Source: a virus
Lineage: Duplodnaviria > Caudoviricetes
Strand: one strand, 5' to 3'
Length of the DNA stretch: 57,325 nucleotides
IMG/VR virus record: IMGVR_UViG_3300023059_000235
Location: 1 to 57,325 of that record
The translations under genes and the position numbers were made by a program. This document shows, in pieces, positions 47,174 through 55,788 of this stretch. The notes below the pieces were generated by a model, which saw only the letters and a program-made list of their open reading frames with translations, was not told where the DNA came from and ran no database searches. The first letter of the stretch is position 1; the number at the start of each line of letters is the position of its first letter.

Positions 47174-49453
47174 TTAATCAAGATTAATGTCTTTATAAAC
47201 TAATGAGTAACAATTAGTTTCACTTAAGAATGCTTGTTTAACAATGATTTTAGGTTCGTAGGAGGACTTCCTATTATTAAGCAAGCTTATAATATTCTTA
47301 AGTAATTTCTTTTTATCTTCAGGAAAATTTAATCCTAATGTTATAGATATTACAGAAGCATTAATTTTAGATCTATCTGGATTTGGATAATCATATTTAT
47401 CAAATTCCACCTTATTTCTTAGTGAAGTAAAAAGACGGACTTCATTTTCATAAGACCAATCTTTATTTTTCGTTAAAAGAAATTGATTAAAAATATAAAG
47501 ATCTTTATCTTTTAGACGTTTAATATCTTCTGCATAACTTACTTCACCAATACCAAAACCATAAGGTAAATCACCTGAAAAGAAATATTCGACCATTATA
47601 CCTTGGTGCTGCTGTGCATAGTGTGACCACATAAGCATTGAGTTTTCATTTTTTGAAAAAGAACAAATAAAATATTTATCAAGAATGTGTGTTTCAGGTT
47701 TAATTTTATTTATATCAGGCAATTCAATTGGATCATTTAGCTGACTTTTGCTCGGTAAAAAAAAGTATTGGTTAGTTAATGAATCAATTGTATTAATATT
47801 GAATGGAGAATATTTATAAAGAGAATTACAACGATTATTTATAGAATCATCCCATTTAAAACAATTAGTTAAACCTACATTCAACTCCTCCCTTAATTTT
47901 AAATATTCTTTAAAAGGAAATTTAAAATTTTTGACATACTTTGAACAATCTAAATAATTTTGCACAATCATATAATCAATTTCTTTTGAATTTTTCATTG
48001 ACTTATAAGCATTTTGAAAACCATCAAGAGCTTTTTTAAATTTACCTTTTCTTTGATAACACACAGCTAATGTATTGTATGTACTCATAGTTGGTAAATT
48101 ATTTTCATGATACTTTTCTAAGAGTTGTATAGCTTTTTCAATTTCTTTAAATTCTATACACAGACTACAATAGTCAATTAAAGAATCATGTTCGATACAG
48201 TCTAAATCATAAGACGTTTCATAGTTATTAAATCTATTTAATTTACTATTTTTAAGAGTGTTTAATTTTAGCTCATTAAGCCTCCCCCTAAATAAATCAT
48301 AATTTTTACTTTTTAGAATCTCAGGATACTTCAATATTTTTTCAGCTTTCTTATATGAGAGAAAACTTTCTAAACCTAAGTTTAATGGATTATCACACAA
48401 AATTTCTTTTTCTATTTCACTAACATATAGATTAAACAACAGATTATAGTATAGAATTTTAATATTATTTGTTTCATAAAATTCAGAACTAAATTTTGAA
48501 GTAATGTAATTCATTATTTCTTGATTTATTGGTAATGCGAGTTCTTGCTGAGATAGAAGATAATACAAATTAGATTCAGGATGATTAATTCCACCAGTTT
48601 TATCAGCTTTTAATTCAAATATTTCAATAACATCATTATATTTCTTAGCCAAATATGCTCTTTTAATTAATAAATGCGCAGATATTTGCTGTCCATTATT
48701 ATTCGATTTATCTAAAAAAATATTATAAATTTCTTCATCATTATCATTTATAAACTTATCCACTTGAAAATCATTTACTTTAGAAATAGCTTGATCGAGC
48801 GAAATTAATTTTTTATCATAATAATCTTTAATAGTATTTACATCAATTTTCATTGATTTATTAATATTATCTATTCCTTGATCAAACTCAGATAATAAAA
48901 AATGTATTCTACTTAGTATACTCCTAATTTTATCATTTGAAATAATTCCACTTTTTGAAACTAATTTTTTTAAGAATTTTAAGTTAAATTCTGAAATTTT
49001 ATTAAAATCTTCTAATCTACGTATATTATTTAATTTTAGATTTACTTTCTCTATATCATTATTATCAACATCTATTTTTAAAGATTGTATAAGATTGTCA
49101 ACGCAATAAGTATAATTATATACTAACCAATGTGCTTCAGAATTTAATTCATCCTCTTCCAGTGCTCTTATAAAAAAGCTAATAATTGAAGTGCTGTTTG
49201 CTCTATCAATATAAATTTTACTTGCGATCTTTCCTAAAAAAATAAATGCTTTTGCTTTTGTACCTTCACGTTTAACAATTTCATCAAATACATATTCATT
49301 TTTTTCATTTTTTAAATCTAGAACAAAATAAAAGTAACCAATGTAAAACTTATGATCTGAACTTTTCCATTCCTGTTCTAAGAATGTTAATTTTGAAAAT
49401 TTATCACGTTTTATCCAATTTATAATATTTTTTTCTATTTCATTACTTTCCAT
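47174..49453 (-). CDS. TPR-repeat plus DUF2971 protein; candidate defence gene
   Basis: TPR-like YNTLAVCYQRKGKFKKAL; LYKY..LNDPIE..ICSFS..LMWSHYA..HQG..TKNKDWSYENEVR; visibly AT-richer than its neighbours. Confidence 0.8.
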   Translation of the reverse strand: MESNEIEKNIINWIKRDKFSKLTFLEQEWKSSDHKFYIGYFYFVLDLKNEKNEYVFDEIVKREGTKAKAFIFLGKIASKIYIDRANSTSIISFFIRALEEDELNSEAHWLVYNYTYCVDNLIQSLKIDVDNNDIEKVNLKLNNIRRLEDFNKISEFNLKFLKKLVSKSGIISNDKIRSILSRIHFLLSEFDQGIDNINKSMKIDVNTIKDYYDKKLISLDQAISKVNDFQVDKFINDNDEEIYNIFLDKSNNNGQQISAHLLIKRAYLAKKYNDVIEIFELKADKTGGINHPESNLYYLLSQQELALPINQEIMNYITSKFSSEFYETNNIKILYYNLLFNLYVSEIEKEILCDNPLNLGLESFLSYKKAEKILKYPEILKSKNYDLFRGRLNELKLNTLKNSKLNRFNNYETSYDLDCIEHDSLIDYCSLCIEFKEIEKAIQLLEKYHENNLPTMSTYNTLAVCYQRKGKFKKALDGFQNAYKSMKNSKEIDYMIVQNYLDCSKYVKNFKFPFKEYLKLREELNVGLTNCFKWDDSINNRCNSLYKYSPFNINTIDSLTNQYFFLPSKSQLNDPIELPDINKIKPETHILDKYFICSFSKNENSMLMWSHYAQQHQGIMVEYFFSGDLPYGFGIGEVSYAEDIKRLKDKDLYIFNQFLLTKNKDWSYENEVRLFTSLRNKVEFDKYDYPNPDRSKINASVISITLGLNFPEDKKKLLKNIISLLNNRKSSYEPKIIVKQAFLSETNCYSLVYKDINLD

Positions 49454-49577
49454 GCTTTTCCCTTTAGTGTTTATTGAAAATTTAAATTATGTATCATAAA
49501 CAAATTCTTATGTAGATTGTAGCCCAACACAAAGCTGTTATCGATTACTAAACAAGTAACCTCATATCAATGAAGCT

Positions 49578-49618
49578 ATTTTGATATTACCCTACCTAAC
49601 AACATGAGAAAGGTTCCA
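49578..49618 (-). promoter_or_regulatory. Putative late promoter TGGAAC-N29-CAAAAT upstream of TPR-DUF2971
   Basis: gttcca at 49613-49618, attttg at 49578-49583; leader duplicated from the hdf promoter. Confidence 0.65.
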
Positions 49619-49747
49619 TCCAAGTTTCAAAGCGTTGCATTTACTTAAAATTAAACTACACATTTCATCAAAATAAATGATACAACTGAATGATAGGCCA
49701 CACAGAATGGCCGAAACTTCAATGAATTATTAAGATGGAATCTATAA

Positions 49748-50164
49748 ATGTTTTTTGATTATGAAGGTCAACAGATAAGACTAGATAAGGATAAAATTAT
49801 TTCACATCCTAATGGTCACATTTATCAAGATGTGTTGCTCTCAAATACAGATAAAACGCTTTTTATTGAATTAGAAGGTAAAGAAATTATAGTAAATACT
49901 AAAAAGTTCAATCCATTTCTCAATGCCACTTTCCCTCAAATGAATGTTCAAATCCAATGGATGGATGTTCAACGTACTGACGAACTCAACATTTTGATTG
50001 ATATTGATAACTCTCTTGTTAACAATGAAAATGACAAAGTTCCACTCACACTAGCTCAACAGAAAGTACTAAATGTTCAAAATCCTAAAAGTTTTGATTC
50101 TAAGTACGAAAGAGATGTGATCATTAAAAATCTGTCTAAAGTTGCTCGAAATTTTGTTAAATAA
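49748..50164 (+). CDS. Hypothetical moron protein
   Basis: 138-aa ORF with GGA SD and terminator. Confidence 0.65.
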   Translation: MFFDYEGQQIRLDKDKIISHPNGHIYQDVLLSNTDKTLFIELEGKEIIVNTKKFNPFLNATFPQMNVQIQWMDVQRTDELNILIDIDNSLVNNENDKVPLTLAQQKVLNVQNPKSFDSKYERDVIIKNLSKVARNFVK

Positions 50165-50167
50165 GAT

Positions 50168-50194
50168 AAAAAAGCCAGCTATTTAGCTGGCTTT
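50168..50194. terminator. Intrinsic terminator
   Basis: AAAAAAGCCAGCTA-TT-TAGCTGGCTTT. Confidence 0.8.
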
Positions 50195-50420
50195 CTTCTG
50201 GGGAGCTCCAACCGGAACCTCTTAAAATAATACGCTACAAGACTAACTGCTCATGAGAAATAAACTTATTTAAAAGAACTCTTTTCATGTTTTGTTAATT
50301 TAACAATTCATAAAAGTTCCAGATACCGTGAGCAATTATACTTTTTAAGGCTGTTTCTTATTGAAATAAATATATAAATTATTAAATAATCAGAAAGCTC
50401 TTCACCTTGAGAAAACTTGA

Positions 50421-52133
50421 ATGCTACAAATATGTACAGGTAAGCTATTTACCCGAGAAATTGAATATCAAAATAATTTAAAAGGAATTATTTATACTAA
50501 TTATAATTTATTCTCAGATCAAAAAATTGAGACTAAAGCTGGAACAATTTCTTTTGCTGAAAACTCCAATGGGCCAAACACTATACTTTACGAGATTGAA
50601 GAGCTAATTGAAGCAAATGGAAATGGACCAGGTGTGCTAGCTTCACATGGGATACGTTCTTTAATACTCGATTTCTCTACAATTTTTTCTTTTGTTTTAA
50701 ATTGTACGGCATCTCCGAGTTATTCTTTAACTGAAAGATTACTAAGTGAACAACCTGGAGTCTCTACTCATACCTCACCCAATAAAATGATTAAGAAAGT
50801 TTTTGATAAACGTGTTTTTTACGAGGAAAATGATGAAAATGAATTAATCAAAATCACAAATCAAATTATTGGTTTGAAACGGAAAACTTTTTTAGGTGTT
50901 ATGAGTTCTATCAGAACTTATGTTACTGGAATGCACCGTATTTCAGATGATTTTGAGTTAGCTTATACCTTATTAGTTGCTTCAATCGAATCATTAGCAC
51001 AGAAATTCGATGGTCATCAATCTACATGGTCTGATTATGAAGAAAGTAAGAGAAAAAGAATTGATAAAGCTTTAGCGAATGCAGACCAAACAATTAAAAA
51101 TGATGTAAGAAACGCAATATTGAGCATAGAACATACATCTTTGGCTAGGCGTTTTAAAGATTTTGCATTAGAACACATTACACCTGACTTTTTCCGCCTT
51201 GAAGCAAATGATGTAATTAATCCTATTACAAGAAGTGATTTACCTATTGCACTTTCTAATTCTTATATAGCTCGTTCTAAATATGTTCATAATTTAGAAA
51301 AACTACCAAAGAATCTTACATTTAATACATATTCAGATACCTGTAATCATGACAATAAAACATGGTTAACCTTACAAGGATTATCTAGATTAGCTAGACA
51401 TGTCATAATTGAATTTATAATGCGTCAGCCTACTGTTGAAAAAGAAAAATATAATTACCATCTTGAACGTTCAAATATAACAGTTATGCAAATGGCTCCA
51501 GAATTTTGGATTCACCATATAGATTTTAGTAGCGGAGCTGGTATACAAAAATTAGAAGGCTATTTATCCCAGCTTGAGAAATTTTTAACAGGTGTACCAA
51601 ATGCTACAGTAACCGAAATTTCAAATGTTCTAACTGAATTTGAATCGCAAATTAATAATTTAAAATCTGCTGATAAAAAAGCTTTTTTAGCACTTTATAT
51701 TATTTATAATTATTATATAAAAAAATCTCAAAGATTGAAAAATGTAGTCGAATTTACCAATAAACATGAAAAAATTATCTTAAATCCTTGTACAGAAGGT
51801 CTTATTGTAAATTCATTATTAAACTTACCTTTTCAGTGGGAAATAGAAGTTCATCATGAGTGTTTAAAAAAATATTTTTCAGAAAGAAATCAAAAGTTAA
51901 AGATTAAATGCCCACAAGTCATTGAAACTGGAATGCTTCTTATATTAGCTGAGCGTTATAGAAAAGATGGTAATGAGTCGAAAGCTCTTGAACTAATTGT
52001 CATGGCAGTGGAAAACCTACCTTCTCATAAGGAGTTACGCGAATTCGAAACAGAATACAAAAGCTCACCCCGTACTATTAATGTTTCAGAGATCCTTTTT
52101 TCAAACCATATTGATACTCCCTCCAATGATTAA
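50421..52133 (+). CDS. ApeA-like HEPN RNase domain protein; candidate defence gene
   Basis: AYTLLVASIESLA and YIARSKYVH (R-x4-H) HEPN motifs. Confidence 0.65.
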   Translation: MLQICTGKLFTREIEYQNNLKGIIYTNYNLFSDQKIETKAGTISFAENSNGPNTILYEIEELIEANGNGPGVLASHGIRSLILDFSTIFSFVLNCTASPSYSLTERLLSEQPGVSTHTSPNKMIKKVFDKRVFYEENDENELIKITNQIIGLKRKTFLGVMSSIRTYVTGMHRISDDFELAYTLLVASIESLAQKFDGHQSTWSDYEESKRKRIDKALANADQTIKNDVRNAILSIEHTSLARRFKDFALEHITPDFFRLEANDVINPITRSDLPIALSNSYIARSKYVHNLEKLPKNLTFNTYSDTCNHDNKTWLTLQGLSRLARHVIIEFIMRQPTVEKEKYNYHLERSNITVMQMAPEFWIHHIDFSSGAGIQKLEGYLSQLEKFLTGVPNATVTEISNVLTEFESQINNLKSADKKAFLALYIIYNYYIKKSQRLKNVVEFTNKHEKIILNPCTEGLIVNSLLNLPFQWEIEVHHECLKKYFSERNQKLKIKCPQVIETGMLLILAERYRKDGNESKALELIVMAVENLPSHKELREFETEYKSSPRTINVSEILFSNHIDTPSND

Positions 52134-52224
52134 ACTTAATATCAGGGATTCCCTTATGGAATATCTTACTAAATCGATTTCCTGAAAAAAAATTTTGAAG
52201 ATATATATCATTCTTAATGAAAAT

Positions 52225-52254
52225 AAAAAAGGGATTGAATGACTCAATCCCTTT
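52225..52254. terminator. Bidirectional terminator
   Basis: AAAAAAGGGATTGA-ATGAC-TCAATCCCTTT between convergent genes. Confidence 0.8.
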
Positions 52255-52276
52255 CTTTTTTCTTCTACAAATTAAA

Positions 52277-52663
52277 CTATAAGCAACCTGGTTCGTTACC
52301 TGATCTGCACTCTTGCATATCTTGTAATTCTTTAATTCGTGTTTCTGTCTTTTCTACTAAACATGCATTATGTACAAATGGATATAAAGAGCCCTTATTA
52401 ACAGGTGAAGACTGAAATTGGCAATCTTTTTCCTTAAATTGAATCCACGCTCTTTGCGCATCCTTCAATTGAAGTTTTTCTGTTGAATTAAGCTCTTTCA
52501 TATAATTGTTATAAACGCTATTGATTTTCTGATTTGCAGAATTCAAAACATTAGAAGAACAACTATTTAAAGCATTCTGATTGGGTAAATTTGAGCATTT
52601 TTCTATTCCAGCAAATGAAACTGAACAAGTAATTGAGCTCAAAATTAATAAAGTAGTTTTCAT
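52277..52663 (-). CDS. LprI-family (DUF1311) secreted lysozyme-inhibitor-like protein
   Basis: Signal MKTTLLILSSITCSVSFA; C..Q..LN.C..ANQKINSVY..LKDAQRAWIQFKEKDC..CLVEKTETRIKEL. Confidence 0.85.
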   Translation of the reverse strand: MKTTLLILSSITCSVSFAGIEKCSNLPNQNALNSCSSNVLNSANQKINSVYNNYMKELNSTEKLQLKDAQRAWIQFKEKDCQFQSSPVNKGSLYPFVHNACLVEKTETRIKELQDMQECRSGNEPGCL

Positions 52664-52667
52664 GAAT

Positions 52668-54923
52668 TTATACATCTAATTTCCCCATACCTATCCCACC
52701 TGTTAGAGCATGAGCTAGGTATCTATCGTTTACGTTCTGCGAAATATTACCACTACTACCATTAACAACAACGACTTCTTGTGGATTAGGTGTATTGAGA
52801 GGCTGCTTAAATGATTGGACAGCAGTGTTAACTTGGGTCTTAAGTTTTGAATTAACATTATTTGTTTTTTGAGCTGTCGGAAGTATTGCTGGTTTAGTAG
52901 CTAAAACCTGTTTAATTGATTTTTTGGACTCCTCCAACCTATTAGAGAAGGTAATTTTTTCATTAATATCACTTCCACCCTTGTTAATTTCTTCAGAAGG
53001 TTTTAGTAAATTATTTGTTTTTGAAACTGAACTCTTGATGATATCGGCCTCTGAATTTCGACGCTTTGAGTTAATTCCATTATTATGATTCTGTAAATTT
53101 CTAACAGAAGTAGAGATTTCTTCTACACTGCCAGTTTTCACAGCCTTAACAACACTCTTTGGTAGTGCACCATAATTGTATGCTACAGATGTTAACGCTG
53201 CTTGTGTGTCCATAGGTAAGTTATCCCAAGCTTTTTCTCCGACTTTACTCCTTGCTTCAGCTGCGAATATTCTTGTACGGCGTTCCAAATCCCTTTCAGC
53301 ATCTGCCTTTTTGACTTTTGTATTTGCAGTAACCTTGGTTACGTTGCCCTTTTCATCTGTCACTGTGTCGCTACCATAACCAACACGATGAGCATTCACA
53401 TCCCAATAGGCAGTATCGTTGTATCCTTCAAATTTACGTAGAAGGCTATTTGCTCTTTCGACAGTATTATTGCCAATCATTTCCAAAGCTTTAGTATTAG
53501 TTGAACCATAAGCAGGAACATTTTTGTTTGCCCCAAAGCCCGGCTTATAAACTCCTTGCCCTACTCCCCATGTTGGAACGCCGTCATGAAATGGATTAAA
53601 CCGGTTAAATTTATCTTTGATGAAATCTAATGTATCACCTGCAGTATCTTTGACACCTTCCACAACTTTTGAAGCTGTGCCTTTTGCTTGATCAAAAGCA
53701 TTCGCTGCAAAACTAACAAATCCTTTCCACGCAGTATTAATAATACCTGGTACATCTGCAGCAATTAATGAATCTGTCCACTCTTTAAAATACGGCGCAA
53801 CTGCGGTACCAAGTTTATTACCTATCCAAGAACCAGCCATACCACCAATCAAGGTACCAGCTGGACCAAATATGGATCCTACCGTACCTCCTATCACACC
53901 CCCAGCAAGACTACCTACTGTACCGCCCTTTTCTTGTGTGCTCTGTTCATTCCAATCTAATAATGATGCACCAGCGGTTAATGCTCCAATAACGGGTAAG
54001 CCACGACCAAACTTTAGAAATTTACCTAAACCTTTACCTAATTTCCCTATACCTTTTTTACCCTTGCCCAGAACACCACCCAGAAGGCCGCCACCAGCAG
54101 ATAAAGCGGAAGTAAGTAATTTCCCTATGGAACCTAACAATCCGCCCTTAGCCGCTAAATTATCGGCAATGCGCTGCAATAACTTTATTTGTTTACGGTT
54201 ATGGTTTTCTTGTTCGCGAGGTAATGGCTCATTGCGCTTTTTACTACGCATCAAACCAGTTAATGGACGCAAGGCTAAACCAGCAGCACGGCATACAGGT
54301 GAAAGTAAGTGACCAACTTCATTGATAGCATCAACAGTAGGATCTACACCTTTTGGTGAGTTCGGCATTACTCCTTTAATCACCGTTGTTATTGTTTGGG
54401 CAACCTTTCTAATTGATGATTGGTTTTGGGCATCATTATTGTTAGAAACAAAACGCCCCTTCTCATCGCGCTCTGGTGTAGATGAGCTTACAATCTTATT
54501 CAAATCTTCATGGCTATGGATTTCTATGGCTGGCTTTCGCGTCTTAGGTTGGTTGATTTGTTCTTTATGTGCTGTATTAAGACCATTAACTGATTGCTCC
54601 AATACATCAGAAAAGTCTTTCACAAACTTGTCAGCTACAACAAAAGACTGTGTGATTGGATTTGATTTTTCTTTTAATAAATCTTCAAAGTCTAAAGCTG
54701 GTCTATTATTGACAGCATTAAGCATCTTTTGAAACTCTGTCAGTTTTGGCTGAGGTCTATCAAACTGTGCTTTTTGCTCTTCAAAGCTTTGAATAAGAAT
54801 TTCGATAATCTTTTCAATATTTAAATCAATCGTATTTACTTTTTTTTCAACTCGTTTCATGCCAATAATGAAGCCAAGTTCATCATAAGATAAAACTGGA
54901 TTATTGTGATTTGAATCTGTCAT
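52668..54923 (-). CDS. Tape measure protein (P1 Sit-like) with GH24-type lysozyme domain
   Basis: Gly/Ala-rich TMP segments; LLRKFEG..AYWD..VGYG..AERDL..QAALTSVAYNYG..KRRNSEA muramidase motifs. Confidence 0.8.
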   Translation of the reverse strand: MTDSNHNNPVLSYDELGFIIGMKRVEKKVNTIDLNIEKIIEILIQSFEEQKAQFDRPQPKLTEFQKMLNAVNNRPALDFEDLLKEKSNPITQSFVVADKFVKDFSDVLEQSVNGLNTAHKEQINQPKTRKPAIEIHSHEDLNKIVSSSTPERDEKGRFVSNNNDAQNQSSIRKVAQTITTVIKGVMPNSPKGVDPTVDAINEVGHLLSPVCRAAGLALRPLTGLMRSKKRNEPLPREQENHNRKQIKLLQRIADNLAAKGGLLGSIGKLLTSALSAGGGLLGGVLGKGKKGIGKLGKGLGKFLKFGRGLPVIGALTAGASLLDWNEQSTQEKGGTVGSLAGGVIGGTVGSIFGPAGTLIGGMAGSWIGNKLGTAVAPYFKEWTDSLIAADVPGIINTAWKGFVSFAANAFDQAKGTASKVVEGVKDTAGDTLDFIKDKFNRFNPFHDGVPTWGVGQGVYKPGFGANKNVPAYGSTNTKALEMIGNNTVERANSLLRKFEGYNDTAYWDVNAHRVGYGSDTVTDEKGNVTKVTANTKVKKADAERDLERRTRIFAAEARSKVGEKAWDNLPMDTQAALTSVAYNYGALPKSVVKAVKTGSVEEISTSVRNLQNHNNGINSKRRNSEADIIKSSVSKTNNLLKPSEEINKGGSDINEKITFSNRLEESKKSIKQVLATKPAILPTAQKTNNVNSKLKTQVNTAVQSFKQPLNTPNPQEVVVVNGSSGNISQNVNDRYLAHALTGGIGMGKLDV

Positions 54924-54952
54924 AACAAAAATGCCCCATTTTGATATAGGGC

Positions 54953-54993
54953 ATTTTGGATAATTTTTTTCAATAAAAAGCTATGAAGTTCCT
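54953..54993 (-). promoter_or_regulatory. Putative late promoter AGGAAC-N29-CAAAAT (tape measure)
   Basis: gttcct at 54988-54993, attttg at 54953-54958. Confidence 0.7.
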
Positions 54994-55006
54994 ATTGTTA
55001 TAATTC

Positions 55007-55279
55007 TTAGACAGGCCATCTAACCTCTAATTTAAGTGAGATTGATGAATGAGTAGCATTTGCTTGGTATCCATCTGCTTTCAATTGACGAACAGCTGCT
55101 TCCATTTCTAGAATAGAGACAGAATTTGTTTGATATAGCAAAACTACATAACCAGACTTAAGATTAGCCTTAACTGTTTGATAAACCTGATCAAGGATAT
55201 AATCTTTATCAAATTGGGTTGAACTGTTTGCTAAGTTAGATGCTTCATTTGCTGTAATACGATTAGATGACATTTGCAT
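55007..55279 (-). CDS. Hypothetical protein
   Basis: Likely start MQMSSN (AGGA SD); ITANEA..L...GY..V.W small phage-protein pattern. Confidence 0.6.
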   Translation of the reverse strand: MQMSSNRITANEASNLANSSTQFDKDYILDQVYQTVKANLKSGYVVLLYQTNSVSILEMEAAVRQLKADGYQANATHSSISLKLEVRWPV

Positions 55280-55426
55280 GTTTCCTATTAAGTTAATGGT
55301 TATTTCTAATATAGTCATGCATGACCCAAAACACGGAAACTTTTTTAAAATAAGTAATGATGTGATTAATAGATAAGCAAAAAAAAGCCCACCATAAAGG
55401 CAGGCTTTATAAAATTTTAAGTTTAA

Positions 55427-55693
55427 CTAAATTTCTTTTTGTAGATTTTTAACTAAGTAGTAATTCGCACAAAATGGAACAATAACTGACCCAATTACAA
55501 TCGCAAAAAGAATAACTGCTAAAAAGATATCAACTATTGAACTATTGATTGCTAAAGATATTGGTGCGGCAACATGTTCTGCAAATGAATATGAAAGTTT
55601 CGAAACTTCTGGCATTAATAAATAAAAATAGAAAGCAACAATGATCGCTCCCGTCACCCAGCCCCACCATGGAAAACCGTCATCTTCTTGCAT
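55427..55693 (-). CDS. Small two-TM membrane protein
   Basis: AGGAG SD; two hydrophobic helices; terminator-like hairpin near 55381-55408. Confidence 0.6.
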   Translation of the reverse strand: MQEDDGFPWWGWVTGAIIVAFYFYLLMPEVSKLSYSFAEHVAAPISLAINSSIVDIFLAVILFAIVIGSVIVPFCANYYLVKNLQKEI

Positions 55694-55788
55694 AATTACT
55701 CCTAAAGATTAAAGTGAATTTATTCTACATTTCATTGAAATAGTATATTCAATAATCAATCATATTCCAGCGCATTTTTTACATATTC

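Noticed and set aside
50213-50321. Additional GGAAC hexamers at 50213(+) and 50316(-)
   Set aside because: No xAxxxT hexamer at 29 nt, so not counted as late promoters.
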